DNA of 64,000 bases from the NCBI GenBank assembly GCA_051294375.1, contig CM119266.1, positions 1,183,554 to 1,247,553 on the forward strand, read 5' to 3'. The notes beneath the pieces are model-generated. The model was not told where the DNA came from. It searched no databases and was given only the letters and a program-made list of their open reading frames with translations. This DNA comes from Paraspadella gotoi (taxonomy: Eukaryota > Animalia > Chaetognatha). Position numbers and translations under genes: made by a program. Shown in pieces: positions 43,477-58,972 of this stretch (positions within the stretch are counted from its first letter, which is position 1; every line of letters begins with the position of its first letter).

Positions 43477-44765
43477 TAGTTGATCAAAGCGTATCGGACA
43501 AGATTGCCGTCAGGCGTTTGGCTCTGAAGAGGCGTATTGTGATTCAATTCGGATCCGTCGACGTTAGACCGCCGCGCCGCAGACTCCGCCGCCGCCGCGC
43601 CGCTGCCGCCAGACTCCGCCGCCGCCGCCGCCGCTGCTGCAGACTCCGTCGCCGTCCCGTTACCGCGACTCCGTTGATTGAAAGCTTCCAAAAAACGCGG
43701 TGCTGGAGAGATAAATGGGACTGAGTAAATTTTTTGTGGAGAAAAAAAACGGTCAAGGATATAAAAATCATCTGTTTTTTTTTTTATTACTAACATTATG
43801 AAGTATGATTATTACTGGATATATCTGTTTAATGTTCGTTGATATTGATATTGGTTTTCATAGTTCCATGAATGGATTATAAAAATTTTTTGAAGAATAA
43901 TTATCCTGGTGAATGATTCTTTCACCGTTTTTAATTCAACTAGTTTTTGATGTGGTTTTGACCTTCACCGTCAATCATGTCAATTAATGATATTGTAGTC
44001 GAAATTATTTCGTATTTATGTTTTTGGTCTTTATCATTTTGCGATAACTCGATAACGTATTTACCGGTTTTTTTAGGTCGTGATTAATTCTCGTGTGATT
44101 TGTAAGAATTATACTTTTTTGCAATTTATTTGTTTTATGTTGTGTACAAACATTAGTATTCCTTGAAGAGACAAACTTTAAGGCAAGTTTTAAAGATGAG
44201 TAAAAAAGGTACTGCCCCGGACGTGAAACCACTACACCACAGCACCTATATAAATTATATATAATTTCGTGAGTCAAGGGACGGGCCAGAATACAATCTC
44301 TCGTTTGATCTTATCTCTCAGCTTGCAAAGTCTACTATATATTTGTTACATTTTTTGAATAATTCTTACAGTATTTTAATAATCTCTCTCTCTCTCTCTC
44401 TCTCCTCGTTTCAGCTAATTAAAGTTATCCGACCAATCTGCAACATTCGCCTGACATTTCGCGCCCAAACTGCAACGAGGTTCGTCCAAATGTGCCACTT
44501 TTGTCGTTCTCCGATGGCTTTTCCCCGCATTGTCTGACAAAACGGAAAGCGTGAGATTGTTTAGCTGTTTGTATTATTTAACTTTTCGTCTTGCGAAAGC
44601 TTTTTATCGGAAGGAAAAGGAATTTTTCATGGATGTCATTTCTATTATTTAATAATAATAAATATAAATTCTAAATAATAAATATTTATTGTCATTTAAA
44701 TACCTCTGTATAAAATATTTAGCCGAAAAATTTAAAATGTGTTAAAAAAATTTGTAAATTGATTT

Positions 44766-44790
44766 NNNNNNNNNNNNNNNNNNNNNNNNN
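44766..44790. other. Scaffold gap (25 N)
   Basis: Run of N bases. Confidence 1.
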
Positions 44791-45020
44791 TTATGTCCTT
44801 TGCCACCTCCGCCTCTATTTGAAGACATATCTGTTATCTTGTATAATAGTTGCATGTTTATTTGGTTTAATTTACGTTTCTAATTACCACTACTGGCATC
44901 CCGTCCAACCAACATCGAAAAGCCATCAAAGCCACCACAGAAGTATGCATCCGGCCACCGCGAACCAAGCCGCCCTAATCAATCACTTCCCTTCTTCTAA
45001 CCGACCAACCTTTTTCCCCC

Positions 45021-47633
45021 AGTTCCTCCACGACCTTTCAACCTCCGTATGACCAAGAAATCGAAATCTATGCAGCTTTCTCGTGTCCAGTTCAATTAAT
45101 TAATTTTCACGAGATATATAATGGAAAATCCGAGGCTCACGATGAAACGAAACGGAATGAGTCGTACATAAGTATATTGCACTTACGACGAGTAAGGTTA
45201 TTCAACGAGCGTATTGCGGTCATATGGTTGGACTCTGAGTAACAGACTTTTGAAAACCAGCTACCGGCGCTGACGGCTCTCCTGGCGCGGAGCGCCGGTG
45301 CCCGGCTTCGTTAAAAACCTCGAAACGTGATATGCTGGAGCATTTGTGTCGAGATACTGGTGGCCAAGGCCGAATCGCCAGGAAGGTCGCCAGCCTTCTC
45401 GGATTCAAGAGATGGAGGTGGAAGCGGCCCAGGTATGTAAGGACGCCTTTCCCCGCGATGTGTGATGGTGACATTAATATAGAGTGGAGTTTTGTGAGGA
45501 GGCTGGAGTGGATATAAATGGAGATGATTGGGAAAGCGGGGGGAGATGGTAGGAGAAAGAAATAAAAATCGGAAAGCGCGCAGAGCGATGTAATGGTGTT
45601 TTAAAGTCTAGAAGGATAGACTGAAGACGTTATCACGTAAACTATTTATATAAAATATAGGTTATTGAATATTCTTGTAAGCCAACAGAGAAACTTTTTA
45701 TTTCTTTGAAACCAATCGTTCTGCCGTTTGGGCACTCAAAGAACGTTTGACTTTGGATGCTCTAAATACAATCTCTCCTCAGAGTCGCCACTACCACTAG
45801 TTATCTCAAATCCATATTTGGATTGTCCAATTATGAGAAGCAAAAACTATATAATAATCTTCACCCTCAATGTTCCAACTTTTTCATTTGTTTCCGAAAT
45901 TTTGAAATAAAATCATCGGTTTGTGACACAATGGACCCCTTTTATTCATATCAATATGTATTTTGTCATCGTGTAAACTAAGGGAAGTGAGTCCATTGGA
46001 GATTGGATTTGGATACGAGATGAATGCAGTCTTTACAATTTATTTTGCAATTGTTCGTTCAGACTCGTATTTTAGATACGTAAAGTTATGAAATAATAAC
46101 CTTATGTATTTTGGTTGGACCTTGTCGACAGTTAGGTTGCTCTTTTTTCGGGAGAATTGGATCACCGAATGAGGTGAAATCGCCAATCTCACAACAAGCA
46201 ACGCTACAAAGGGGAAAAACGCAAGGTAATTTCTATGACAACTATTATTATCTATATTCGGGGTATTTTTTATGAGGAGCGGACTTCTACTTGTTTTTTG
46301 GGTTCCGCGACAGCCTAGCAGATTTAAGAGGGATAAGCGTGGGGAGCGCAAATGTTTTATAAAAATTAGCTGAATACCGGCCTGTAATTAACACTGGGTG
46401 TTACAGAGCCCTGGATCCGTTGCGCAACCAATGTTGAACAGCATGTTTTCATTCACGCTGTGGGGCAGCGCCTGTTAACATTGTAAAATATTTTGATATT
46501 CCTGTTTCCTTTTCTTGTCTACCGACGTTCATACCCTAACCTGATATTCATATCTTACTGTTTCGATACCACATTGATTTTGCGTTATCACAGCAAATTA
46601 TCTAATAGTGGATATATTTTATAATTCAATGTATTGTCAGTGGAATAAAAAGACGAGTGATAGAATAAAAAAAATATTATTATTTGCGTATGCTGAAATT
46701 GTTGAAATGTCTTTTGTAGACCTGCTCAAAAAAAAAAAAAAAATTACCATTTTGATTCAAAAACAAGAAATCATAAGTACTCTATATAACCTTATACTGT
46801 GATGATGGATACGGGAAGTAATGGTTACGTATAAATTAATCCCGAATATAGATCATTAAAATTGATATATAGTACGGGAGGTTTACTTTTTTAGTTTTTA
46901 CATAAGAATATATTGCTCGCAGTCCGTTATTTCCCTTTAATATATTTTTTGAGTTTAAAAAATATTTTATCTATCTAATAACATTTGTATTTTTTTTTTT
47001 TTTTTTTTATTATTTTTTTTTTTTTTCTTTTTTCTGTTTTCTGATTCTAATCATTGTCACATTGTTCCCTGTGAGATGAAGTGGAAGTGACGGTGACGGC
47101 CGGCAATTCGACGATGAATAAACTCAGAAAGTAGACAACCATTTTGACAAATCCTAGCGACCTACGAACGAAGAGTTTGTCTGAATCCAAGCAAACTAAC
47201 GAACATCCGTGAATCGTACGAAATGCTTGAAATATATGTCGAATGTTACTGAGATCTGCAAAGAACCTTGGTAACGAAAAAAACGTCAGATGAGAGTCAC
47301 CTTTCAAATAGATTTGGAAAAAGAAAACTCAAGAACACAAGTAGTAAAGTGTTATAGTTTTCAATTTTTTTTTTTTCGACTTATTTTTTTTTTTTCATTT
47401 TTCCTCTATTTTTATTTTTTCTTTGAAACAAGTGAAAAATTGGAGAAGAATGTGCGCGACGAATTGGTAGCAGAGTATTTTCTCCATCGCCGAGATTTGA
47501 TCAAGTACTTAATAGAGACAGAAAAATGATCAAAAAAAAAAAAAGAAAAAAAAAACAAAGTATAAAAAAAAAAGAATTGAAAAAAAATCAGAGAGCAAAG
47601 TTTTTTTTTTTTTTGTTTTTTTTTTTTTCTTTT

Positions 47634-47665
<32 letters not shown>

Positions 47666-50600
47666 TGCGTCAATAGCTGTAAGTGAAATAAGTAATACTA
47701 ATATAATCCAAAAAAATAAATAAGAACAACATAATACTCACAAATCTTAAAACTCGAATAAAAACTAATAAAATTTGGATGAGAATAAGTTTGCGATGTT
47801 CCAATTTGAAAAAACTAAATGTCTGTGACGAGGGATTAAACAGCAATTTGGCGATAATCCGCAAAACACGAGATGAAAACAGCAAAATATACGACGGACC
47901 ACTATAGGGGGTCGCGTGTTGCGGACGGCGCGGGGGGTTGGAAACATAAAGAAGACCACCTTATAGTATAAACTGTATGATAAATAATTTTATTAGTTTT
48001 GTGGGTGGAGCAGCAGTAAATAAAAAGTGTGTCATGTATACTATTCTTTACTCTTTCTTTTTCCTTCTAGGCCGGTAGTCTTCGTAATGTGATTTTCTCT
48101 CTGTCCTTTTTTTTGTTCCTATCCCTTTGCATATTGAGAAACCGTGAGCCAGGCATCAGTGATACCCTTTCCTCGCTCCCTTCTTCTGTAGAAAAAAACA
48201 AGTACACCCACATTTCATTAATATCAAACAAATATTAAACTCGCAATCTCTCACCACCTTGTCAATTCTTAGTTGATTTAGAGGATATTGGATTTCAATT
48301 AGACCACTATGTTACCAACACTCCTTTCTTTTTTCTGCTTTTCCTTCTCCAGTTCCATTAACAATCTATTCTCTCATCTCTATTTCTTTTCTCTTATACG
48401 CAAATTATTTTTCATCTGCACTTTCTTTCGTTGTGATGTTTTGATTGGACATTATGAAAAATCAGCTATAATACCCGATTTACATACACAAAAGAAAGTT
48501 TGAGATTTTTTTTTATTTTACCACCACCAGCGCATGTTTTAGGTTTTTTTTTTTCTTTAAATTATTTAAAAAAAAAGAAACGGCTATTCTTTTGTGAAAA
48601 AAACTATTCGGTATAAATGTGTAATTGATTGATGTTATATTATATCATTAAAATGTTTAGACGGAAAAGCAGATTAAAACTAGTACATGCAATAATACTT
48701 TTTTTTAGAATGAACTAAAGTTTGAATATAAAAGATCCCCTCGTGGTGTAAGTGAGTCTGTTATTGCGGCTTGTGGGGCTTTTTTCCAATTTTTTTTTCC
48801 CACGACAATTCTTGAGGTCCCATACATCCTCAGCAAACAAAAAAATCAATTTATAATATCCAACAATAAATCAATTTTTGAGCTCACGTGCTTACTAAAA
48901 CACACAAACAAAAAAAATTCTTAAGCAGCGAATGGATGAGTATGATTCTTTCCATTACTTGTATAATCTCTCAACATCAAAATATAGAACACCTTATCAC
49001 TATCTAAAACCATAAAAAACTTATTTCATTAAATGATTTTCTTAAACCTCAATAAAAAAAAAAATCAAAAATAATATGTAAAAACAACAAACATTATTTA
49101 CACGCGAAAAAACAATTTCAAATACTAGATCATCATCTTGATCAAGCAAAACTTTCACTTTATTTTTTTTTAGTAGAATTTGTAATTGGTTAACAAGTAT
49201 AGTTTCACTATTTCCATGTAGCACGTTTTCACAAAATCTTTATCAATTTGGGTTTGTACCATTGCCATAAGATAAATGTTAATTTCGTCCCTAAGGGCAC
49301 GATATGTGACATTTCCTGATCTATTCTCATCTCCTCAGATGGTTTTCCGTCACCTCCGACCGGTCTCTGATCGTTCATCGTTCTCTTCCCCCCTCGTCCC
49401 CGGTGTCCTATCCCTCGTCCCGCTATCTTCTCTCTCTCTCTTCCTCTCCTCCTCTCTTCGTCTTTATCATTGTTGTACATTGCATAATGTAAATTTCCCC
49501 ATTCCCTCTCTCTCTCTCTCTCTTTCTCACACCATTTTCACTTCTTTTCACAACTTATTCTGTCCGTCCTTATCTTTGACCTGTCCTCACCAATTGACCA
49601 CTGTCCTTTCTCAACTCTGTGTTGGAAACTTTGCCTTGTTTAATAAAAGAATCGATTACAAAGCCTTCGCTTATCTTTATTGTATTAAGTTTACTCTTTT
49701 ATTACACAAATTTTAAGGTAAAGAAAAAAAATAGAAGAAAAAAGCCGCGTCTGCTGATCTGATAATACTTTTGAAGTTTGGACTCACTTTATCATTAAAC
49801 TTATTAATTTAAAGGTGTGCGATATATAATAACATTTTCTTAGAACAGCGAATAGCGGAGCGTCCGTTAAAACCTGGAGAACTAATTTTAGAAATCATAG
49901 TTTATTATAGTTTAGATTCAAAGCTTAGTATTTTCTTCAGGCTCATTATGTTTTTCCGTTTACTGTTTAAGCGAAAAGTAAAATACGACGGACAATATAT
50001 ACTAAATACTATTTTCAGAGGCGTTTTAAAAGAATTAGGCTTTTTTTATTTAATCTCTATAACTAAGAATGAGAACAATGATAGCGCCCACAAAATATCG
50101 TCAAAGGATATTAACTTATCATAAGGCTACAATATATATTATATCTAGAGGGAAATCTCGAATCGCCTGATTCTGATTCAAGTCAGTCTCTTTCTGTTCC
50201 GTCGAACGGCTGCTACTGCAGCCGCACCGTATCCCCCTGCTGCGCGGAGAACGAAGTTTGTGAAACGAAAAAAAAAAGCGATAAAATTTCATTTTAATTG
50301 GCATCGGGGAAGAGAGCCTGATAAAGACGTCACGCCTTGCCTCTCTTTTTTAGATTTTCTACAGAGTCAGTTATCTAAACCATTTTGTGGCGATCAGTAT
50401 TATGCATTTTAATTTGCTGGGAAAACAATCCTCACTAGATAAACTGTCATATTTTTAATTAATAAAAACAATTTAAAAAATTTGGTACGACAATTATGAA
50501 AAAAATGGTAAAGCCCTTTTTTTCCTATAGTATTGGGAATATGGATTTACGCTGGGTCAGATTAAAGATTAAAGGAAACATTAAATAAAAGTTTTGCTCT

Positions 50601-52527
50601 TTAAACGGTTTAACGGGAAGAACAGACGCTTAAGGATATAAAAAAAAAAATTTAAAAAAAGCTTTAAGGGACCCAGTGATAAAAATGATATCATAAGCTT
50701 AAGGGTCTATCATCAAAGGAATTTGAATGGTGATAGTCATTAATTTTTCTTTGCACGGGAAAGTGGCAAAAAAATTCCTATCTCTTATTCTAGCGGAAAC
50801 AAAAATTTAATAATTATGAAAATAAAATTCGTTGACCCTAACCTAAATATTTATATAATCCATTATTTTATTTTGCATTAGAAAGTATTTTTTACTAAAT
50901 TCCAATTTTTTTTTTTTTACTGTACAAAGCATAATTTTAGGTTTAAGCCTCATTGAACAAAGGCTTTACAAGACTAATATTTTTTTTATTTTTATATTTA
51001 CTTAAAAGCAGACAATCAAACCTAAATTCTATTCTTACAGAAACAAAACTATAATAATTATTAATTAATATTCATAATCATACCCTTAAATGTATAATTA
51101 AACTATATTGATTCCTAATTATAACAATTAAAAATTTAGCAAAGTACAGAATCTTTCTCTTCTTTATAATATTATATTACTTTAAAGAGTTTTATTTCAT
51201 CCAATTAACAGAATCATTTGAAAAGAAAGTTTAAATAAAATCAGTCAATACTAAATTTGATTCATTCCTAGTTTTTTTTTCTTATAAATTTTTTATAATA
51301 AAAGCTGAAAATCTTTTAAAATTAGATCTTACCCTTTTTTGGAAAAAAAATTTTAAACTTGAAAAAGATTTTCTTCTTACTGATTTTTAAAGAAAATTAA
51401 GCCTCGCTGATTTTATCGAATTTTTTAACTACTTTCCCAAATGATTATAGAAGAAAAGTTATATGGTAAGAACCAGCTTAAGTTAAAGGGTCAAACGTTA
51501 TGTTTTCAGCTTTTTACCCCCCTGTTCACTTGGTCCCCTTAAGCGATTTAATTTTCCTTTATTTTACTTTTATTAACTTTTAATTATTTTTTCATATTTA
51601 TTTGTATATTAACCCATTTACCATTCGATAGTCTGAAGCACTACGGACTCATTTTCCTCGTTTCTCCCTTCGCTTAGTTTTCCCCGATTCCCAAATTTAA
51701 AAAAAACTCGGTGTCCGGGAAAAGATGATCCAACGGGAGAACGGAGACAAAATTTTAGGAAAACAAAATCCATTAAACGGAAAGAATTACAATCGGGAAT
51801 CGTTTTAATCCCAAGTTCGAAGCCTTAGCCACGCCACTTCCCCCTCATGCGCCGCGCCGGAGGGAAAGCGGACGGAGGGTTGGAGGCGGCGTCGGCGGCG
51901 GCGGCGGCGGCGTCGGCGGAATTCTTTCAGACAAACCCGAGAATTAAATCGTCCGAAACGGAATCGAATCTGCGGCGACAGTTCAATCCCGACGGTTGCG
52001 CGAATCGAACGAGTACGTAAGGGAGGGTGCGACTTTTTGCAATTTCCCAGAAGATATGAGATTTTTTTTTAGATCTGCAGTTCCTTTAACTCGGACATTT
52101 CTACTTTGACAAGACAAAGAATCTGAGTCGCTAAATAAACAATTGCCACGCTGATATTTTTTTTATTCAATAGGTTTCTTTTCTTTATCTCTTCATATCG
52201 CGATTATATTAGGACGGATATTCTCAGGAAAATTCCTTTTAATTTGACCTTCTGCCAATCTTAGTCTTCCTTCAAACTCCACACTCCCCAGCCCTCACCC
52301 CTTCACCCCCCAAGCTATTGTCCGGCTACTCGAGCCAAATTCGAACCACACTCGTCGTCATTTCGGTGGCGCTGATCACGACGCAGTCCGGGCAATACTT
52401 TTTCGCCATGAAGACAGTCTGGAACATCCTTCTTCCACTCACCGTCATCACGGCGGGTGAGTCAGAGATGGGGGAATGGAGATATAATTTTTTACCGCAT
52501 AAAACAAATAATCGATCAGATTAATAA

Positions 52528-52558
<31 letters not shown>

Positions 52559-55500
52559 CAATTATTTAAATCAAAAGTCAAAAATCTGAAATATATCTAT
52601 AAAGCAATAAATCAAGAAATAATTCTTCATTTGATCATTAATCTATTAATCAAGCAGTCAACAATCAATACAATCATTTAATCAATCAAATTATCGATTC
52701 TTGCAGGGACATACAATTCATTGCGTCCCGCGATCGCGACCGTTGGATGCAGACTGTGGCGGTTGGACTCTTTTCTCTAAAGGTAAAATAAAACATATAA
52801 AACAAACAAAGAAACTAATGAAAATATCGATCCCGACTTTCTCTCTCTCTCTCTCTCTCTCTCCTCCTTCCTCTCCTCTCTCTCTCTCTCTCTCCTCTCT
52901 CTTCTCTCTCTCTCTCCTCTCAGGCGCTTCGCCACACCACCAAGATTCCCGGTACTCGTGGTACGTTTCTCGCCTGCTCATCACCGCCCCGTTCAAACTA
53001 ATGGGGATTCAACGTCGCCAGGCAAAGACTGGGACGCGAAGTCGGCGGAATCAAGCGCGACTCAAAAGGTGAGTGAAGGTGAGGTAAGGAAATGATCGGA
53101 GCAATTCTTTAAGTCAATTTTTGGTCGGTCGGTCGGTCTGTTTTAAATACTAATAGCTTTGCTAATACTGTACTTGGTAGAAAGGTTACATACTATGATA
53201 TGCGCAGTGATTCTTTTGTAATAGAAATCGAAATATAAATTATAAAAAATAATTTTTTCGGTAACAAAACATGTTTTTAAAAAAAAGTATATAGATAAGT
53301 ATATAAATAGTTTTTCATAATAATAACCGCGAGGATTCTCAGGAGAGCATACGGAACTGTCTTGTCGCAAGAGGAATCATCGAATGTTGACGACGACGAC
53401 GACGACGATGAAGGAGCTCTTGATCCCTGTGACGGCGACGACGCTGACCGGATGTGGGTGGAGTCACGTCATCGAGACAGGCCGTCGCAGTCAAAGTCGG
53501 CGAAACAGAGAAAGTTCGTCGCCATTTACAGGTTGGAAGATTTCACTCTCAAAAAACTCGGATGCAATCCGATCGGAGTTCCATCTAAATTTTCTCCTTG
53601 GCTCTCTTCAGAACCATTCCTCTCCGATTGGTCTCTCGCGTTTGGGGTCGCCTGATGCAACTGCCTCTGCCTAAGCCGCTGAGGAAGCCGGTCTTCCTTT
53701 TCTTCGCCTCCGTCACCGGATGCAATTTGGATGGTGGGAATGATCGAAGAAATTATGAGATTAATGCTTTTTATATATATGATAACGATTGGTAATAACT
53801 AACTAAACTCAGTTACCAACTAATTAACCCTAAATGAAATTTATTAACATTAAATGATAAATAGTAACTTATAACTGCCAAAAATTCCCTTCGTCCAAGA
53901 GGTCCGACTCGACGTTTCCGCCTACGCGTCTCTCGGCGAATTCTTCCGGCGTCAGTTGAAGCCGGAATCTCGGCCGATCGACGAAGCGGCGCTGGTGACG
54001 TCGCCGGCGGACGGGACGGTGGTCACGGCCGGACGAGTGGAGAGCGGAGAGTTGGAGCAGATCAAGGGTGAGGTTTTTGGGGACTGGGGACTGGGGACTG
54101 GGGAGGTCGGGGATGGGGTGTTGGGCGGGAGAGAGAAAAAGGATGTTGAGGTGGAATGAGATTTGAAAAAAACAGTTGGTGCATTTCTAGTCATTGATTT
54201 GTAATTTTTCATAATCACGGTCTTTTCTGTCTCCCTGAGATTTAGTTTATCAACTTTGTTAAATAAAAGCTATGAACGGAACATTGGTTATTTGAATGGA
54301 GATATGATTGATTGATGATATCACTAATTAAATTATTACGTAAATGCTGGTTTTCTAATAACCGCTCTTTATATCTGTATTGATGCAAAGCATAATTTGA
54401 TATTTTTTGGGGGCTCTAATGAAATGCGCCAGGCGTCACTTATTCGCTTCACGAATTCTTGGGCCACATCACTTGGAATCTCCCGTTGAAGATGTCGACG
54501 ACGACGACGGTGACGATGTATCAAGCCGTAACGATGACGGCGACGACGACGCTGACGACGACGACGCCTCAGTTAACGAATTTCGATATCCATAAAGACT
54601 CGACGCCTCCGAACGACGCAATAGACCCGGAACCTGTTGAGACGGCTGTCCAGGCCAAGACTCAAACGCCTGATCAGACTTCGTTGTGGATCGAGATGGC
54701 TGGGCTGGGCCGAGTCTCGCCAGAGAGGACCGAGGTGTCGACGCCCTTCCCGGATGCGGCGTCCACGATGAAGGTGTCGATGGAGTCGCCCGAGGATACG
54801 GTGGGGACTCCAGCATCGACGAGGGTCATGGTGGAAGACGACGACGACGACGACGTCCAAGTCTGTCGCCAGTATCGCGACCGGCTTTGCTTGAAGGTTG
54901 CCTCGTATGGTTGATTGATTGACTGATCGATTGATTGGATGACTGGTCGTGGTGGCAACTTTCACAACTTGATCGTTTATTTGGTTGAAAGATTTATTCA
55001 TCGGTTGACTGATTTGATTCATTGAATGATTAATTGATTGCTTGATGTAGTGTTTGATGGACTGATTGGTTGATTATTTAAAATACTGTTAAATTTCCGT
55101 GTTAAAGAACCTTTTGAGTTGAGACTAAAAAAAAAAATAAATCTCCATCTCGATCATCCATTCAATTTTTCATAAGCCCTCGTCGACTCACCGTCTGTAT
55201 CACCTGGTCGTCTATCTCGCGCCGGGTGATTATCACCGATTTCATTCGCCCGTCGACTGGACCGTCACCTATCGACGTCACGTCCCCGGTGAGATTCACG
55301 GATAAAGAACATAAAGAAAAAGGGTCGGTCAATCAATCTTTTAACATACCATTCAATTAATCCCCGATTCTATTAATCAATCATTCAATTAATTAATCAA
55401 ATAATAAATGATTCATTTAGTCAGTCTATCAATCAATCACATCCATCAGGCGATCTCTTCAGCGTTTCCCCACGCGTGTCCCGCCTGATCGCCGGCCTGT

Positions 55501-57302
55501 TCAACCTCAACGAACGCGTTGTCTACGCGGGATTCTGGCGCCACGGGTTCTTCTCGCTGACGGCGGTCGGCGCCACCGGCGTCGGTTCCATCCGCACCCG
55601 GATCGACCCGGCGCTCTCGACCAACCAGTGGAAGTGGGATCCGAGGAAGGAAGCCTATTTGGACCGAGACTTTGTGGCCGGTGAAGGAAGTTGTTGTTGT
55701 TGTTTTTTTTTTTGTTTTCGTCGACATTAAAAAAGGATCTTACGTGAAAAATGTCGAATTTACAATTCGTAATTACAATTTTGTTCATCTACGATTCAAA
55801 ACCCGACGATAGAGGCCGGTAGGCTCAACTTTGAGTATTCACTCTTTACAGAAAAAACAAATGAACTTAAGTTTGAATCCCCTCTAATAGAGGCTCTATC
55901 TCTTCTCTGACGCTCACAAGATAATAATAATATAACGGGAAGTCAACAAGCTTTCAATTAAGAATCTTTCATAGTCTACGTCATTTATTCACCTGGTTTC
56001 CCTATATTAAAAGTGGTATATGATATTTTTAAGAACTGTTATAAACTTTTAGTCTTATAAAAGAACGACTCCCTTAAGCATTAAATCGTAATTGAATCTT
56101 GATCCGAACTCATCATCCTAACTTTTCCTCACCCTCTCCCCACTTTGACTTCCCAGAGTCGGGCTCCGGCGTCCCCGTCAGAAAAGGTGAGGAATTTGGC
56201 GAATTCAATTTGGGATCGACGATCGTTTTGATCTTCGAGGCGCCGATCGACTTCCGGTTTCGAGTCTGCGACGGAAAGCGGGTCAAGTTCGGTCAAGGAG
56301 TCGGCGTCGGGCGCGGCGCCTTGGCGAGCGGCGCTGTTGAGCCAAGCGCCGCGGACGCCGGCACTGCCTTAGTAGTTGATCAAAGCGTATGCGGACAAAG
56401 ATTGCCGTCAGGCGTTGGCTCTGAAGAGGCGTATTGTGATTCATTCGGATCCGTCGACGTTAGCACCGCCGCTGCCGCAGACTCCGCCGCCGCCGCCGCC
56501 GCTGCCGCCGACTCCGCCGCCGCCGCCGCCGCTGCTGCAGACTCCGTCGCCGTCCCCGTTACCGCAGACTCCGTTGATTGAAAGCTTCCAAAAACGCGGT
56601 GCTGGAGAGATAAATGGGAACTGAGTAAAATTTTTTGTGGAGAAAAAACGGTCAAGGATATTAAAAATCATCTGTTTTTTTTTTTATTACTAACATTATT
56701 GAAGTTATGATTATTACCTGGATATATCTGTTTAATGTACGTTGATATTGATATTTGGTTTTCATAGGTTCCATGAATGGATTATAAAATTTTTTGAAGA
56801 ATAATTATCCCTGGTGAATGGATTCTTTCACCGTTTTTAATTCACTAAGTTTTTGATGTGGTTTTGACCTTCACCGTCAATCATGTCAATTAATGATATT
56901 GTAGTCGAAATTATTCGTATTTATGTTTTTTGTGGTCGTTTTGATTTCAATTTTTTGCTCGATAACTCGATAACTGTAATTTACCGGTTTTTTTAGGTCG
57001 TGATTAATTCTCGTGTGATTTGTAAGAATTATACTTTTTTTGCAATTTATTTGTTTTATGTTGTGTACAAAACATTAGTATTCTTGAAGAGACAAACTTT
57101 GAAGGCAAGTTTTAAAGATGAAGTAAAAAAGGTACTGCCCGGACGTGAAAACCACTACACCACAGCACCTTATATAATTATATATAATTTCGTGAGTCAA
57201 GGGACGGCCAGAATACAATTCTCTCGTTTGATCTTATCTCTCAGCTTGCAAAGTCTACTATATATTTTGTTACATTTTTTGAATAATTCTTACAGTATTT
57301 TA

Positions 57303-57339
<37 letters not shown>

Positions 57340-57700
57340 TCAGCTAATTAAAGTTACCGACCAATCTGCAACATTTCGCCTGACATTTCGCGCCCAAACT
57401 GCAACGAGGTTTCGTCCAAAATGTGCCACGTTTTGTCGTTCTCGATGGCTTTCCCCGGCATTGTCTGACCAAAACGGAAAGCGTGAGATTGTTTAGCTGT
57501 TTTGTATTATTTAACTTTTCGTCTTGCGAAAGCTTTTTATCGGAAAGGTAAAAAGGAATTTTTCATGGATGTCATTTGCTATTATTTAAATAATAATAAA
57601 TATAAATCTAAATAATAAATATTTATTGTCATTTAAATACCTTCTGTATAAAATATTTAGCCGAAAAATTTAAATGTGTTAAAAAAATTTGTAAATTGAT
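45021..57700 (+). repeat. Direct duplicate of ~35080-44765 (probably an assembly overlap)
   Basis: 49460-57700 is nearly identical to ~36600-44765 apart from small indels. 45021-46450 is a garbled, insertion-rich version of the CFAP43 last exon, 3' flank and SINE. Confidence 0.9.
51726..56373 (+). CDS. PISD: Phosphatidylserine decarboxylase, copy 2 (cleaner reading frames)
   Basis: [98 protein letters not shown]. Confidence 0.9.
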
Positions 57701-58924
57701 TTTTTTAATTTTGACAATTCATATTGTTAGTACTAGAACGTATTAAAACAGCTAAATGTTTAAACTGACTAAAGATACTTTTTTTGCGACATATGTTTAA
57801 TAAAAAGGCTATTTAAGGGTTTATATTTCGACATTAATTATACAATTATCACTTCACCATAACATTTACAGATGACAGATTGGATTTTATAATATTGAAA
57901 GAAGCCACTTTACAAAAAAAAATTTATTGTATCGGATAAACACATTATTGATAAACTCGGCTCAAGCAAGCTGAGAGAAAGATAAAGATAACATTAAATG
58001 ATTTATAGTTTGTTATAAACTAAATTAAAGTATGTGTGTTGAACTAAGTTCGGAGAAGTGGCGTCTTTGAATTCTAACTGACTAGGCTTATCCTGCGCAT
58101 TCAAGACCAGATGAAATCGGGAATAAATGGCGCAGAAGAGACGATGGCGCCGGTCATGACGCCCTGGAGATGATGACGACAGTCTCGGCAGAACGACGTC
58201 GGCTAAGGCCGAAAGGACGACGAACTGCAAAGCCCAGGACTTGTCAAATGTTGATGTAAGTCTGAAGAAGAAGTTGAAGAGAGTCTTGAGTTGCTTGTTG
58301 CAGAGTAGAGTAGGTAGAAGTCCTGGGCAAGGAATAACAAAACATTTATCACAAACTCAGCAAATATATATAAGTTTAAAGTGTCTTTCTTACTTGTTTC
58401 TGAAGCCAATAATAAACAAAAATAGAGATGCTTCTCTCATAGAAAAGTCCACCAAACCAGCGATCACACAAAAAATAAGATTCCGAGATATCTGATAAAG
58501 AGTTTCTAAATGCTCTGAAAAGAACTAAAAACCCAGTGACAACTTTTAGATCTGAAGATACCACGTGGCCAGAATTCGATTAGAATCTTAATCGAAATCT
58601 ATCGAAATCACGGGCACCAATCAGAATCAGCTGTACACTGCCTTCGGAAATCTGTACTTGAGTATAAACAAAAGAGAGAGCCTAAAGATGTCGTTGCGAT
58701 CGCTAGAATGGAAGCATTTTCGATGCCAGTAACAAAGAACAAAAGAGCATGGGGAGAAAAGATAGAGAAGCTGGATTTCCTCGTAATATTAAAGATAGTT
58801 ATTTCGTAACAGTATGTTTGAATAATCATCGAAGAGGATGTAACTATATTGTATGTTTTATTTTTCTAATTAAACTACAAGGGACTTCCAACATTCGTAC
58901 CACTTCCCCTTCGGCGGAGTTACA

Positions 58925-58972
58925 TTTGCAGACGACTCGTTTGGACGAGAGAATCAAGTCTTCATCAGTGAA
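58925..58972 (-). ncRNA. Degenerate Penelope-type hammerhead motif
   Basis: Minus strand reads CUGAUGA-A-gac...gtc-CAAAC-gagtc-GUC; the core GAAA is mutated to CAAA. Confidence 0.4.

Noticed and set aside
44791-49460. Novel ORFs, or a CFAP43 pseudo-exon and diverged SINE, after the gap
   Set aside because: Insertion-riddled low-quality copy of ~35080-36600; not trustworthy as biology.
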